Positions 23,128-34,617 of a DNA stretch of 64,000 nucleotides are shown piece after piece. The translations under genes were made by a program, and so were the position numbers. The first letter of the stretch is position 1. The number at the start of each line of letters is the position of its first letter. The notes under the pieces are model-generated. The model ran no database searches. It saw nothing but the letters and a program-made list of their open reading frames with translations, and had not been told where the DNA came from. Source of the DNA: an uncultured Candidatus Rokubacteria bacterium (GTDB taxonomy: Bacteria; Methylomirabilota; Methylomirabilia; Rokubacteriales; CSP1-6); the NCBI GenBank assembly GCA_963789955.1, contig CAWBMV010000012.1, forward strand, positions 384,001 through 448,000. Direction: 5' to 3'.

Positions 23128-25085
23128 ATGGCTCAGCCCAAGGTGAAGGCGGATCTTCCGATCGAGGCGCTCCTCAAGGAGAAGCGCAAGTTTCCCCCGC
23201 CCACGGCGTTCACCAAGAACGCCGTGATGAACAAGAAGGCGATCTACGCCGAGGCCGCAGCGCAATCCCGTGAAGTTCTGGGAGCAGCGGGCCCGGGAGC
23301 TCCACTGGTTCAAGCCCTGGAAGAAGACGCTCGAGTGGAAGCCGCCCGTACGCCAAATGGTTCATCGGCGGCAAGCTCAACGTGGCCTACAACTGCCTCG
23401 ATCGCCACGTGGCCGGGCCGCGCAAGACGAAGGCCGCGCTGATCTGGGAGGGCGAGCCCGGCGACTCGCGGGTCCTGACGTACTGGGATCTCTACCGCGA
23501 GGTCAACCTGTTCGCCTCCGCGCTCAAGCGCCACGGCGTCCGCAAGGGCGATCGCGTGACGATCTATATGCCGATGGTGCCCGAGCTGCCGATCGCAATG
23601 CTGGCGTGCGCGCGGATCGGCGCGGCCCACAGCGTGATCTTCGGCGGCTTCTCGCCCGAAGCGGTGCGCGAGCGCATCCACGATGCCGAATCCACCCTCG
23701 TGATCACGGCCGACGGCGGCTGGCGGCGCGGGTCGACGGTGCCGCTCAAGAAGAATACGGACGAGGCGCTGCGTGGCGCGCCGGGCGTCAAGACCGTCAT
23801 CGTGCTCAAGCGCACCGGCCAGCCGATCGAGATGCAGAGCGGTCGCGACATCTGGTGGGACGACTTCGTCAAGGGCGCGGCCGCCCACTGTCCGGCCGAG
23901 CCGATGGATTCCGAAGACCTTCTATATCTGCTCTACACGTCGGGCTCCACGGGCAAGCCGAAGGGCATCATCCACACGACCGCCGGCTACTTGACCGGCG
24001 TCGCGGCGACTCACAAGTGGATCTTCGATCTCCACGACGAGGACGTCTACTGGTGCACGGCTGACATCGGCTGGGTCACCGGCCACTCCTACATCGTCTA
24101 CGGGCCGCTGGCGAACGGGGCCACGACCGTGATGTACGAGGGCACGCCCGACCATCCCGACAAGGACCGGTTCTGGCGCATCGTCGAGAAGTACGGCGTC
24201 ACGATCTGCTACACGGCGCCCACCGCGATCCGTACGTTCATGAAATGGGGCGAGGAGTATCCGAAGCGCTGCGACCTGTCGAGCCTGCGGCTGCTCGGCT
24301 CCGTCGGCGAGCCGATCAACCCGGAGGCGTGGGTCTGGTACTGGAAGGTTATCGGCGGAGGCCGCTGCCCTGTCGTCGACACGTGGTGGCAGACCGAGAC
24401 CGGCCACATCCTCATCACGCCGCTGCCGGCGCTGACGGTGCTCAAGCCGGGCTCGGCGACTCTGCCGTTCCCGGGGATCGACGCCGAGGTGTTCGACGAG
24501 AAGGGGAAGCCCGCGAAGGCGGGCTATCTGGTGCTCAGGAAGCCGTGGCCCGGGATGCTCCGCGGCATCTGGGGTGACCCCGACCGTTTCGTGAAGCAGT
24601 ACTGGTCAAAGTACGACAACATCTACTTCACGGGCGATGGCGCCAAGCGCGACGAGGACGGCTACTTCTGGCTCCTCGGACGCGTCGACGACGTCATGAA
24701 CGTCTCCGGGCACCGCGTCTCCACCATGGAGGTCGAGTCGGCGCTCGTCGACCACAAGTCGGTCGCCGAGGCGGCGGTCATCGGCAAGACGCACGACATC
24801 AAGGGTCAGGCGATCGCAGCCTTCGTCACGGTGAAGAGCGGGATCGACGGCTCGCCCGCGCTCATGGACGAATTGAAGGGGCATGTCGCGAAGAAGATCG
24901 GCGCCCTGGCCCGTCCGGATGACATCATCTTCTCCGCCGAGCTGCCGAAGACCCGAAGCGGCAAGATCATGCGCCGACTGCTGCGCGACATCGCCGAGGG
25001 CCGGGCGCTCGGCGATACAACGACGCTCGCCGACCCGGCCGTCGTGGCTCGCTCAAGACGAAGTACGAGGAGCAGGAAGCGCTAG
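23128..25085 (+). CDS. acs: Acetyl-CoA synthetase (apparent frameshifts near 23262, 23348 and 25050)
   Basis: [39 protein letters not shown]. Confidence 0.95.
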
Positions 25086-25187
25086 TGGCGTCCGGCTAAG
25101 CAAATTGCTTGCGTGGCGGGCACTTTGCGGTATGATCAGGCGCCGCCAGAAGAGCGGATCGAACCGAACCGACTACAGAGGAGGCTT

Positions 25188-26531
25188 ATGCGGGCGACCA
25201 AGGTTCCACTCAACGAGCTCCGCCGCGTCGTCATTGCCGCATCCGTCGGCAACATCATCGAATGGTACGACTTCTACATCTTCGGGAGCCTGGCCTCGAT
25301 CCTGGCGGTGAAGTTCTTCGAGAAGGACCACCCGGTGGCGGCCTTTCTCAGCACGGTGGCGATCTTCTCTGTCGGTTTCCTGATCCGGCCGCTCGGAGCG
25401 TTCGTGTTCGGGTGGCTTGGCGACAAGGTCGGCCGGAAGTACACCTTCATCGTGACCTTGAGCGGGATGGGAATCGCGACCGCTCTCATCGGCTTCGTTC
25501 CGACGTACCAGGCAATCGGTCTCGCCGCGGCCTTCATTCTCTTCGCGCTGCGACTGGTCCAGGGTCTCTGCCTGGGCGGGGAGTATGGAGGCGCCATCAC
25601 GTACGTCGCCGAGCACATCGAGGACGAGCATCGCGGGTACTACACCGGCTGGCTTCAGACGTCGCCCACTCTGGGCATCGTCGTCTCGCTGGCGACGATC
25701 ATCGGGATCCGGACCTATCTCGGCGTCGAGGCGTTCAACGACTGGGGCTGGCGACTTCCGTTCATCATCTCGCTCCTGCTGGTCGCGATCGCGATCTGGA
25801 TCCGGCTCTCGCTCGGAGAGACGCCGATCTTCCAGGACATGAAGGCGAGGGGCCGCACCACCACCAACCCGTGGCGCGAGGCGTTTCTCAGCAGCAACTT
25901 CAAGTACGTCGCGATCGCCAGCGTGGTCGTGCTGGGACAGGGCTGTGTCTGGTACAGCGGGCAGTTCTGGGCGCTCTACTTCTTACAGACGGTCAAGAAA
26001 CTCGACGTGCTGACCTCGAGCACTATCGTCGGCATCGCGCTGCTGATTGCCACGCCTACCCTGATCTTCTGGGGATGGCTCTCGGACAAGATCGGCCGCA
26101 AGCCGATCATCCTGGGCGGTATGGCCCTGGCCTCGATCACCTACTATCCGCTCTATATGGCCCTGGGCAACTACGCTGATCCAAAGAACCTCAACTACGG
26201 GATGTCGATTTTCATCGTCGTGATCCTGGTCAACTACGTGGGAATGACCTACGGGCCAATCGGCGCGTTCTTGGCCGAGTTCTTCCCGAGCCGCATCCGC
26301 TATACCTCGGTGTCGGTGCCGTACCACATCGGCAACGGCTGGGGTGGCGGGCTGGTCCCGATCGTGACGACCTCGATGTACCTTTCCACCGGCAGCGTGG
26401 GGTATGCCTTGATCTATCCGATCGCGGTGCCCGCCATCATGTTTCTGATCGCGATCTTCGTGATGCCTGAGACGCGCAAGCACAGCATCTGGGAGGAAGG
26501 GGCCATCGAGGCGGCGCGCTCACGCGCCTGA
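25188..26531 (+). CDS. MFS metabolite:H+ symporter (MHS family)
   Basis: GNIIEWYDF, RPLGA..FG.LGDKVGRK, GGEYGGA, WGWRLPF; SD GAGGAGG. Confidence 0.93.
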   Translation: MRATKVPLNELRRVVIAASVGNIIEWYDFYIFGSLASILAVKFFEKDHPVAAFLSTVAIFSVGFLIRPLGAFVFGWLGDKVGRKYTFIVTLSGMGIATALIGFVPTYQAIGLAAAFILFALRLVQGLCLGGEYGGAITYVAEHIEDEHRGYYTGWLQTSPTLGIVVSLATIIGIRTYLGVEAFNDWGWRLPFIISLLLVAIAIWIRLSLGETPIFQDMKARGRTTTNPWREAFLSSNFKYVAIASVVVLGQGCVWYSGQFWALYFLQTVKKLDVLTSSTIVGIALLIATPTLIFWGWLSDKIGRKPIILGGMALASITYYPLYMALGNYADPKNLNYGMSIFIVVILVNYVGMTYGPIGAFLAEFFPSRIRYTSVSVPYHIGNGWGGGLVPIVTTSMYLSTGSVGYALIYPIAVPAIMFLIAIFVMPETRKHSIWEEGAIEAARSRA

Positions 26532-26800
26532 GCTCGCTGCACTAACTTCTCACCGCGGACACCGATACAGCGGGCCCTGCCTGGGTTGAAGTCAGCCCGG
26601 GTAGGGCCCGTTTTTGCGTTAGCTGGCGCGAATTTCCGGAAGTGGGCGCGTTCCGCCCGACTCGCTGGGCAAAATGTGCCCATCTTGCCGCCAAAAATGA
26701 CAGGCCAAAAGGGCAGGCCGCCCGAGCAGGCAAGCCCTCTCCCCGCCCAAACCTCCACAATCGTTGGTGAATCAATCCATCGGGCCCCCCGTCTCATCTC

Positions 26801-26816
26801 AGGCATAGGGGTTGCA
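26801..26816 (+). promoter_or_regulatory. Putative sigma-54 (-24/-12) promoter
   Basis: AGGCATAGGGGTTGCA has exact GG-N10-GC spacing, about 50 bp upstream of the TraR/DksA gene. Confidence 0.6.
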
Positions 26817-26864
26817 CCCGTATCCGGCCCAGTTAGAGGGTAGGGTGCCAGGGAGGCCCACACC

Positions 26865-27269
26865 ATGGAAACGATTCGCGAGCGGTTAGAAGAGGACCTT
26901 AGAACGGCTGTCGGCCGGCTCCGAATGATGGGTGGAGCGGTGGCGGTCGAGGAACTTGCTGGTGCCATCGGCGATAACTCGCCCTACGCGGACGAGGTCG
27001 ACGAGATCCAGGAGAACGAGCGGCGCGAGATCGGATTCGCCACCCGCGAGCTCCTGGTAGACCGGGTCAACCGGCTCTCGGCGGCGCTCGAGCGCTTGAA
27101 GAGCGGCGACTACGGAACGTGCACCGAATGCGAAGAAGCTATCTCGCCCGCGAGGCTTCAGGCGCTGCCTGAAGTCACGACGTGCGTTCGATGCCAGGAC
27201 CGGATCGAGCGCCTCGGGCGCCAGTTCGTACCGGCCGAGGAAGAGCTCGAAACGGCCGACGACGACTAA
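26865..27269 (+). CDS. TraR/DksA C4 zinc-finger protein
   Basis: ADEVDEIQ coiled-coil tip; YGTCTECEEAI..RL.ALP..TTCVRCQ. Confidence 0.9.
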   Translation: METIRERLEEDLRTAVGRLRMMGGAVAVEELAGAIGDNSPYADEVDEIQENERREIGFATRELLVDRVNRLSAALERLKSGDYGTCTECEEAISPARLQALPEVTTCVRCQDRIERLGRQFVPAEEELETADDD

Positions 27270-27303
27270 GAACTGACTCACTGACGGTCAACCCATACCT
27301 GCC

Positions 27304-27338
27304 AGCGGGGCCGGAGCGATCCGGCCCCGCTCTTTTTT
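27304..27338 (+). terminator. Intrinsic terminator
   Basis: AGCGGGGCCGGA-GCGA-TCCGGCCCCGCT followed by CTTTTTT. Confidence 0.85.
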
Positions 27339-27355
27339 GTGTAGTCTAGAGGGCC

Positions 27356-27985
27356 GTGCGCACGCCCCTGCTCGATCTGGTCCGACCCGGATTCCACCAT
27401 CTCTGCCGCGCGTACTTCGGTCTCGAGCTGTCGGGCCTGCACAACATTCCCACCGGCGGCCCGCTGATCATCACGCCGAACCACCAGACCTACGCCGACC
27501 CGGCGCTCGTCACGATCCCGGTGCGGCGACGCGTCTATTACATGGCCTGGAACCGGCTGTTCGAGATCCCCGTCTTCAGCTTGATGATCCGGAGGCTTCG
27601 GGCGTTTCCGGTTCGGATCGATGCGGCCGATCCGTCGTCGATGCGCGAAGCGGTGCGGCTGCTCACGGCGGGCCACGTGCTGATGATCTTCCCGGAGGCC
27701 GAGCGCACCAGGACGGGGCGGGTCGAACGATTCAAGCTCGGCGCGTTTCGCCTGGCCACGAGCCTGGGCGTCCCGGTCCTCCCGGTGACGATCGCCGGTG
27801 GGCACGAGGCGTGGCCGCCCGGGCAAGTGCTCCCGCGCCGAGGGCGGATCGCGATCACGTACCACCTCCCGCTCAGGCCCGACCCGTCGCTCGAGCCGCG
27901 GCAAGCGGCCACGGCTCTCGCGCAGCGCGCCCGCGCGATCATCGCCGACTCGCTGGGCGAGGCCACGCCGACAGCGGGGAGCTGA
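27356..27985 (+). CDS. Lysophospholipid acyltransferase (PlsC family)
   Basis: NHQTYAD (HX4D), IFPEAER, PVLPVTI. Confidence 0.9.
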   Translation: MRTPLLDLVRPGFHHLCRAYFGLELSGLHNIPTGGPLIITPNHQTYADPALVTIPVRRRVYYMAWNRLFEIPVFSLMIRRLRAFPVRIDAADPSSMREAVRLLTAGHVLMIFPEAERTRTGRVERFKLGAFRLATSLGVPVLPVTIAGGHEAWPPGQVLPRRGRIAITYHLPLRPDPSLEPRQAATALAQRARAIIADSLGEATPTAGS

Positions 27986-27987
27986 CG

Positions 27988-29200
27988 TCAGCCGCGGCGC
28001 TCTTCGACCTGGTAGCCGGACTCGATCAGATGCCGCTTCACGATGTCGATCTGCTCGCGCCCCGAGGTTTCGAGCGTCAGCTCGACCCGGCTCTCGCCGA
28101 TCGCCGCGCGCGCGAATGCGCGTTCGTGCTCGATGTGGAGGATGTTCGCGCGCGCCTCGCCGACGAGCGCCGACAGCCGCGCGAGCGCGCCCGGCTGGTC
28201 GCGGAGGATGACGCTGAGCTTGACCAGGCGCCCGTCTTTGACCAGGCCGCGCTCGATGATGCGCGAGATCATCGTGACGTCGATGTTGCCGCCGGAGAGC
28301 ACGAGCACGACGTTCTTCGCCTCGAGGCCGAGCCTCCGATTCAGGAGCGCGGCGAGGGGAGCGGCTCCGGCGCCCTCGACGACGGTCTTCTCGATCTCCA
28401 GCAGGAGCAGGATCGCGTTCGCCAGCTCTTCCTCGGTGACGGTCACGACGTCGTCGAGATAGTGCCTGGCCAGGTCCAGGGTGATCTCTCCGACCTGGCG
28501 GACCGCGATACCGTCGGCGATCGTCGATGCGGGCGGCACGGTCGTCCGCGTGCCCGTCGGCCAGCGCCTGCTTCATCGCGTCCAACGCTTCGGCCTGAAC
28601 CCCGATCACGCGAACCTCGGGGCGCGCGGCCTTGATGGCCAGGCCGACGCCTCCGACCAGTCCGCCGCCGCCGATCGGGACGACGACCGCATCCATGTCC
28701 GGGCATTGCTCCAGGAGCTCGAGCCCGAGGGTGCCCTGGCCGGCGATCACCCGCTCGTCGTCGAAGGGATGGACGAAGGCCAGTCCTCGCTCGGTCGCGA
28801 CCTGCCGCGCGCGGCCATACGCTTCGTCGTAGTTGACACCGGACAGGATGACCTCTGCGCCGTGCCGCCGGGAGGACGTCACCTTGATGAGTGGCGCCCA
28901 CTCCGGCATCACGATCACGGCGCTGACACCGAGACGCGCCGCGTGGAAGGCGACCGCCAGCCCATGGTTGCCGGCGCTCGCCGCTGCGACACCGCGCGCC
29001 CGCTCGGCGGGCCCGAGCTGCAGGAGCAGGTTGGCGGCGCCGCGCTCCTTGAACGAGCCGGTCATCTGGAGGTTCTCGAGCTTGACGAAGCAGCGGACGC
29101 CGCTCAGCTCGGAAAGCGTCTGCGAATATGCGCAGGGCGTCTGGTAGATCGCGCCTTCGAGCCGCTTGCGCGCGGCGTCGACGTCACTCGCGTCGAGCAT
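27988..29200 (-). CDS. ilvA: Threonine ammonia-lyase with C-terminal ACT domain (apparent frameshift near 28550)
   Basis: KLENLQMTGSFKERG, SAGNH, HPFDD, PIGGGGL, TIADGIAV, SGGNID. Confidence 0.92.
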
Positions 29201-29205
29201 TCGTC

Positions 29206-30114
29206 TCAGAAGGGGACCTGCGGCTCGGCGAGTGTGGGCGACATGATCGCGACCGGCATCAGTCGGGTCGAGGTCGCGTACCCCGGGCGGCCGCGCCAGT
29301 CGATCAGGATGAGGCCGCCCTGGCCACCGCCCTCCTCGACCAGCAGATCGACCGCGACTTTCGCCGCGTAGTCCGGATCGTCGGCGTCCTTGAGATACCG
29401 GAGCGCTCGATGGCCGAGGACGACACGGATGATCGCCTCGCCGTCGCCCGTACACGAGACGCCTCCGAGGGAGCTGTCGGCGTAGGTGCCGCAGCCGATC
29501 AGGGCGCTGTCGCCGACGCGTCCGGGAAGCTTGCCGGGAGTGCCACCGGTCGAGGTGGCGGCCGCGGTCGTGCCGTTGCGATCGAGGGCGACCGCCCCGA
29601 CCGTCCCGCCGCCGGGCGGGATCGGCTTGCGAGCGAGCTCCACGTGACGCTTTCGCTGGCGATCGGTGACGAGCGATGCCGGATCACACTCCGGGATCCC
29701 GACGGAGCGGGAGAACGCGAGCGCGCCGTCGCCGACCAGCAGGACGTGACGGCGCGACTCGAGGACGCGCCGGGCGACGGTGACCGGGTTCGCGACGCCG
29801 ACCAGGGCTGCGACGGCCCCGCACTGGAGGCGGTCGCCTTCCATGATCGAAGCATCCATCTCGATCGTGCCGTCTCGGTTCAGGACCGAGCCTCGGCCCG
29901 CGTTGAAGCGCGGGTCGTCCTCGAGCGCGCGCACGGCGCTCTCGACCGCGTCGAGCGCGGTGCCACCCTCCGCCAGCACGCGCCATCCCGCCAGCACGGC
30001 GGCACGCACACCCTGGCGGAACTCGGGTGCCTGGGAGGAATCTGCGCCGGCCCCGCCGTGGACGATGATCGCGGGCACGCGGGTCGTCGGAGCACGGCCG
30101 GCGGATGACGCCAT
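29206..30114 (-). CDS. Isoaspartyl peptidase / L-asparaginase (Ntn hydrolase)
   Basis: IIVHGGAG, FNAGRG, GTVGAVA, TSTGG, GRVGDS. Confidence 0.93.
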   Translation of the reverse strand: MASSAGRAPTTRVPAIIVHGGAGADSSQAPEFRQGVRAAVLAGWRVLAEGGTALDAVESAVRALEDDPRFNAGRGSVLNRDGTIEMDASIMEGDRLQCGAVAALVGVANPVTVARRVLESRRHVLLVGDGALAFSRSVGIPECDPASLVTDRQRKRHVELARKPIPPGGGTVGAVALDRNGTTAAATSTGGTPGKLPGRVGDSALIGCGTYADSSLGGVSCTGDGEAIIRVVLGHRALRYLKDADDPDYAAKVAVDLLVEEGGGQGGLILIDWRGRPGYATSTRLMPVAIMSPTLAEPQVPF

Positions 30115-30848
30115 CGCCTTCACCGTGTCACAATCCCGTCGGATTGCAAAATCCTCGCTCGATCTCTCAGCTGAACGCGCGCATCGTCGCGTGCCGTCGG
30201 TGTCCGCGTCTCGTCACGCATCGCGAGGCGGTCGCGGCGGCGCCGCCGCGACGGTATCTCGGCCAGCGCTACTGGGCGCGGCCGCTGCCGGGCTTCGGCG
30301 ACCCGCGCGCCCGGCTCCTGCTGGTGGGGCTCGCGCCCGCGGCTCACGGCGGTAACCGCACGGGACGGATGTTCACCGGTGACCGCAGCGGCGACTGGCT
30401 CTTCGACGCGCTCCACCACGCGGGCTTCGCCAATCGCCCGACCTCGGAGCACAAGGGCGACGGTCTCGGTCTGACTGACGCGTACGTCACGGCGGCGGTG
30501 CGCTGCGCGCCGCCGTTCAACAAGCCGACCCTCGAAGAGATCGGGCACTGTGAGCCGTATCTGCTGACCGAGCTCAGGCTGCTGACGCGCGTCCGGGTCG
30601 TCGTGGGGCTCGGGCGCATCGGCTGGCAGGCGTACCTCAGGGGTCGGCGGGCGCTCGGTGCGCCACGTCAGCGGCCGGCGCCGCGGTTCGGACACGGCGC
30701 GGTGACCCGGTTCGACGACGGGATGACGTTGATCGCGACCTACCATCCGAGCCAGCAGAACACGTTCACGGGCAAGCTGACGCGGCCGATGCTTCGGGGG
30801 ATCTTCGAGACGGCGCGGCGCCTCCTGGAGCAGGAGGGCGGGGGGTAG
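30105..30848 (+). CDS. udgB: Uracil-DNA glycosylase family 5 (Fe-S); true start may be slightly downstream
   Basis: CRRCPRL, GLAPAAHGGNRTGR, RCAPP.NKP, YHPSQQN. Confidence 0.92.
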   Translation: MTPSPSPCHNPVGLQNPRSISQLNARIVACRRCPRLVTHREAVAAAPPRRYLGQRYWARPLPGFGDPRARLLLVGLAPAAHGGNRTGRMFTGDRSGDWLFDALHHAGFANRPTSEHKGDGLGLTDAYVTAAVRCAPPFNKPTLEEIGHCEPYLLTELRLLTRVRVVVGLGRIGWQAYLRGRRALGAPRQRPAPRFGHGAVTRFDDGMTLIATYHPSQQNTFTGKLTRPMLRGIFETARRLLEQEGGG

Positions 30849-30857
30849 CTAAATTAA

Positions 30858-31904
30858 TTAGTCGCTGAGATCGGCCGGCAAGCGGGGGCGCTCACCGACC
30901 GTCATCGAGAGCTCACGGCGCTGACCGTCACGGATGATCGTGAGCCGCGTCCGCTGGCCCGGCTTGAACGTCTTCACCTTCGACAGATAGTCCTGGTGGG
31001 TCCGGATCGGCGTGTTCTCGATCGCGGTCAGGATGTCGCCGCCGACGAGGTATTCCTCGCCCTGCACCACCACCGAAAGGCTCCCACCGCGCACGCCCGC
31101 CTTCTCGGCGGGACTGCCCTCGTACACGACCTCGACGAGGTAGCCCGGCGAGAGCGGGAGCCGGAGGACCGACGTGACCTGCGAATCGATCTCCCGGCCC
31201 TGCAGCCCGAGCCACGGGCGGACGACACGGCCGGTCTCGCGCAGGTCGCGCAGGATCGCCTTGCCGGCGTTGATCGGCAAGGCGAAGCCGATCGAGTTCG
31301 CCTCTTCCGAGATGAACGTGTTGATGCCCACGACGGCGCCACAGCGGTCGACGAGCGGCCCGCCGGAGTTCCCGGGATTGATCGGGGCGTCGGTCTGGAT
31401 CATCGGCTGCTCGGCGAGCCCGGGCAGGATGCGGTTGAGGCCGCTCACGATGCCGCGGGTCATCGTCTGCTCGAGGCCCATCGGGTTGCCGATCGCGACG
31501 ACCTCGTCGCCGACCCGTAGCGCGGCGGAGTCACCCAGCCGCGCCACGGGCAGCGGCGACGGCGTCTCGATCCGCAGGAGCGCCAGGTCGGTCACCGTGT
31601 CCATGCCGAGCACCCGGGCCGGCGTGCGCGCGCCCGAGTCGAGCGTGACCGACAGCGAGGCTGCGCCGTCGACGACGTGCGCGTTCGTGAGCACCTGACC
31701 GTCGCGCTCGATCAGCAGGCCGGAGCCGACGACGGTCTCGAACCGCCGCTGCGGCTTGGCCTTGTTGATCTTGGTGACCTGGATCGACACGACACTGGGC
31801 GAGACCCGTTCGAACAGCGAGGCCAGCGACTCGGTGCACGCTTGCTGGGCGACCGCGGTCTGCGGGATCGCGAGCAGCAAGACGAGCACGATGGCGCGCA
31901 TCAC
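30858..31904 (-). CDS. HtrA/DegP-like serine protease with PDZ domain
   Basis: Signal peptide; TNAHVV, DLALL, GNSGGPL; PDZ. Confidence 0.93.
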   Translation of the reverse strand: MMRAIVLVLLLAIPQTAVAQQACTESLASLFERVSPSVVSIQVTKINKAKPQRRFETVVGSGLLIERDGQVLTNAHVVDGAASLSVTLDSGARTPARVLGMDTVTDLALLRIETPSPLPVARLGDSAALRVGDEVVAIGNPMGLEQTMTRGIVSGLNRILPGLAEQPMIQTDAPINPGNSGGPLVDRCGAVVGINTFISEEANSIGFALPINAGKAILRDLRETGRVVRPWLGLQGREIDSQVTSVLRLPLSPGYLVEVVYEGSPAEKAGVRGGSLSVVVQGEEYLVGGDILTAIENTPIRTHQDYLSKVKTFKPGQRTRLTIIRDGQRRELSMTVGERPRLPADLSD

Positions 31905-31952
31905 GCAGGATGATACACCGGCCATCGATGGGGTGGGCGGTATAATCAGACG

Positions 31953-33260
31953 GTGCGCATCGCCATCCTGCCTCTGCTCGTCGTCTCGCTGCTGATTTCT
32001 TCAGGAGCACGCGCGGCCGACCGGGTCGTGGCCACGACGCTCGACAACGGGCTGCGCGTCTTGCTGATCGAGGACTCGCGGAGTCCGATCGTGTCGTTCC
32101 AGGTGTGGTACCGAGTCGGCTCGCGCAACGAGCACCGGGGCGCGACCGGCATCGCGCATTTCCTCGAGCACCTGATGTTCAAGGGGACGCCGAGCCACGG
32201 CCCCAAGCAGTTCGCGCGCCTCGTCGAGCAGAACGGCGGCCAGGACAACGCGTTCACGTCGCAGGACGTCACCTCGTACTACGTCGACATCGCGGCGGAC
32301 AAGCTCGACCTCGTGATCGATCTCGAGGCGGACCGCATGCAGAACCTGCTCCTCGATCCCAAGGAGATCAATTCGGAGCGTCAGGTCGTCATCGAGGAGC
32401 GGCGGACCCGCACCGAGGACGACCCGAGTGGCTTCCTCGGCGAAGAGGTGAGCTCCATCGCCTTCAAGGCGCATCCCTACGGCGCGCCGATCATCGGCTG
32501 GATGGACGACATCAAGCGGATCACGCCCGACGAGATTCGCGCCTTCTACAAGACGTACTACGTGCCGAACAACGCGATCATCGTGGCGGTCGGGGCATTC
32601 CGGGCTGACGACGCGCTCGAGAAGATCAAGCGCCGGTTCGGACGGATCCCGCGCGGGAAGGTCCCGCCGCCGATGCTGGCGGTCGAGCCGCTTCAGAACG
32701 GCGAGCGGCGCGTGATCGTCAAGAAGCAGGCCGAGCTACCGATCGTGTACATGGCCTGGCACGTGCCGAACCATCGCTCCGACGACTCGGTGCCCCTCGA
32801 AGTGCTCTCGACCATTCTCGCGGGCGGGCGGGCCTCGCGGCTCTATCGCGATCTCGTCTATCAGCGCCAGCTCGCCCTCGAGGCCGGCGGCGACAACTCC
32901 TACTTCTCGATCGATCCCAGCCTGTTCTGGTTCTGGGCGACGCCGATGCCGGGCCAGACGCCCGAGAAGCTGGAGGCCGAGCTGAGCGCGCACATGGAGA
33001 GGCTCAAGACGGAACCGGTCACCGACGAGGAGCTGACGCGCGCGAAGAATCAGATCGAAGCCGCCTTCGTCTACCAGGAAGATTCGATTCATCAGCGCGC
33101 CTCGCTGCTGGCTCGGTTCGAGCTGATCGGGGGGTACGCGATGAAGGACTCGTTCCTGGCGAAGGTCCGCGCCGTCACGGCGGCGGACCTGACGCGGGTG
33201 GCGCGCGCGTGGTTCGATCCCGACAAGAAGAGCGTGGGCGTGCTCTTGCCGAAATCGTGA
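31953..33260 (+). CDS. M16 zinc peptidase, catalytic subunit
   Basis: HFLEH (HxxEH), NAFTS, YYVPNNA; signal peptide. Confidence 0.93.
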   Translation: MRIAILPLLVVSLLISSGARAADRVVATTLDNGLRVLLIEDSRSPIVSFQVWYRVGSRNEHRGATGIAHFLEHLMFKGTPSHGPKQFARLVEQNGGQDNAFTSQDVTSYYVDIAADKLDLVIDLEADRMQNLLLDPKEINSERQVVIEERRTRTEDDPSGFLGEEVSSIAFKAHPYGAPIIGWMDDIKRITPDEIRAFYKTYYVPNNAIIVAVGAFRADDALEKIKRRFGRIPRGKVPPPMLAVEPLQNGERRVIVKKQAELPIVYMAWHVPNHRSDDSVPLEVLSTILAGGRASRLYRDLVYQRQLALEAGGDNSYFSIDPSLFWFWATPMPGQTPEKLEAELSAHMERLKTEPVTDEELTRAKNQIEAAFVYQEDSIHQRASLLARFELIGGYAMKDSFLAKVRAVTAADLTRVARAWFDPDKKSVGVLLPKS

Positions 33261-34617
33261 TGCGGACATTCCCCGAACGGCCGGCCTCAGTCCGACGCGG
33301 GCGCGGCGCGAGCGCTGGTGCTCGCGTGCCTCGCGGTCCTGGCGTGCTGGCCGGCGCGCGGGCCGGTGGCCGCCGCGCCGCTCGCGCACCGTGAGGTCCT
33401 GCCGAATGGGATCGTCTTGCTCGTCGCGGAGCGGCCGGCCGTCCCGATCGTGGCCGTTCGTATCCTGATGCGCGCGGGAGCGGTCTACGATCCGTCAGAT
33501 AAGGCGGGGCTCGCGAACCTGACCGGGGCGGTATTGACGCGGGGGACCGCGAAGCGCACAGGGCCCGAGCTCGACTCGGCCATCGAATTCGTGGGCGGCA
33601 GCGTCGAGGCAGGGGCGGGTCGTGACACGCTCTCCGTGTCGACGAGCGCGCAGAAGAAGGACATGGCGCTGGGACTCGATCTGGCCTCCGAGGTCGTGCT
33701 GACGCCGACATTCCCCGCAGGCCGAGGTGACTCGCAAGGTCTCCGAGATCCAGGCGGCCATCAAGCGGTCCGAGGAGGATCCGGGCACCGTCGCGTCCCG
33801 CGCACTCGGAAAGCTCGTGTTCCAGGGCCACCCCTACGGCCGTCCGGTGGAGGGGACGCGCGAGTCGGTCGGGAAGCTGACGCGCGACGACGTCGTCAAG
33901 TTCTACCGGGAGTACGCGCGGCCCGACACGACCATCATCGCCGTCGTGGGGGCGGTCACGGTCGACGAGGCGCGTCGCGAGATCACGGCGCGATTCGGAT
34001 CGTGGGCGCGTCCGAGCGAGCAAGTCCCGACGGTGCCGGAGGCGGCGGCCGGTTCGGGCACGCCGCGCGAAGAGACGATCAAGCGCGAGCTGACGCAGAC
34101 GACGATCATGCTCGGTCGTCGGGCGATCACCCAGACCGATCCGGACTATTTCCCGCTGGCCGTCGCCTCGTACGTGCTCGGCGGCGGTTCGGCTTCGCGG
34201 CTGTATACCCGAGTGCGGGAAGAATCCGGTCTCGCGTACTCCGTCTACAGCTGGATCGCGCCCTGGCGCTACGGCGCGTCGTTCGCCGTCTCCGCCCAGA
34301 CCCGGAAGGCCGAAGCGCCGAAGGTGATCGTCATGATCCGGGAGGAGCTCGCGCGGATGGGCCGTGAGCCCGTCGCCGATCGCGAGCTCGCCCTGGCCAA
34401 GCAGTACCTGGTCGGCAGCTTCCCGCTGCGGCTCGATACGTCGGGCAAGGTCGCCGACTTCCTGGTCGCGGTGGAGGATCGTGGTCTCGGGCTCGACTAT
34501 GCCGATCGCTACAAGGAGCGTATCAGCAAGGTCACCGCTGCCGATGTCCAGCGGGTGGCCGCCAAGTACTTCACGCCCTCCGCCTTCGACCTCGTCGTCG
34601 TCGGCGACACGCAGTGA
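33260..34617 (+). CDS. M16 peptidase partner subunit lacking HxxEH (apparent frameshifts near 33300 and 33720)
   Basis: LPNGI, GLANLTG..LTRGT, HPYGRP, SRLY..VREE.GLAY. Confidence 0.85.
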
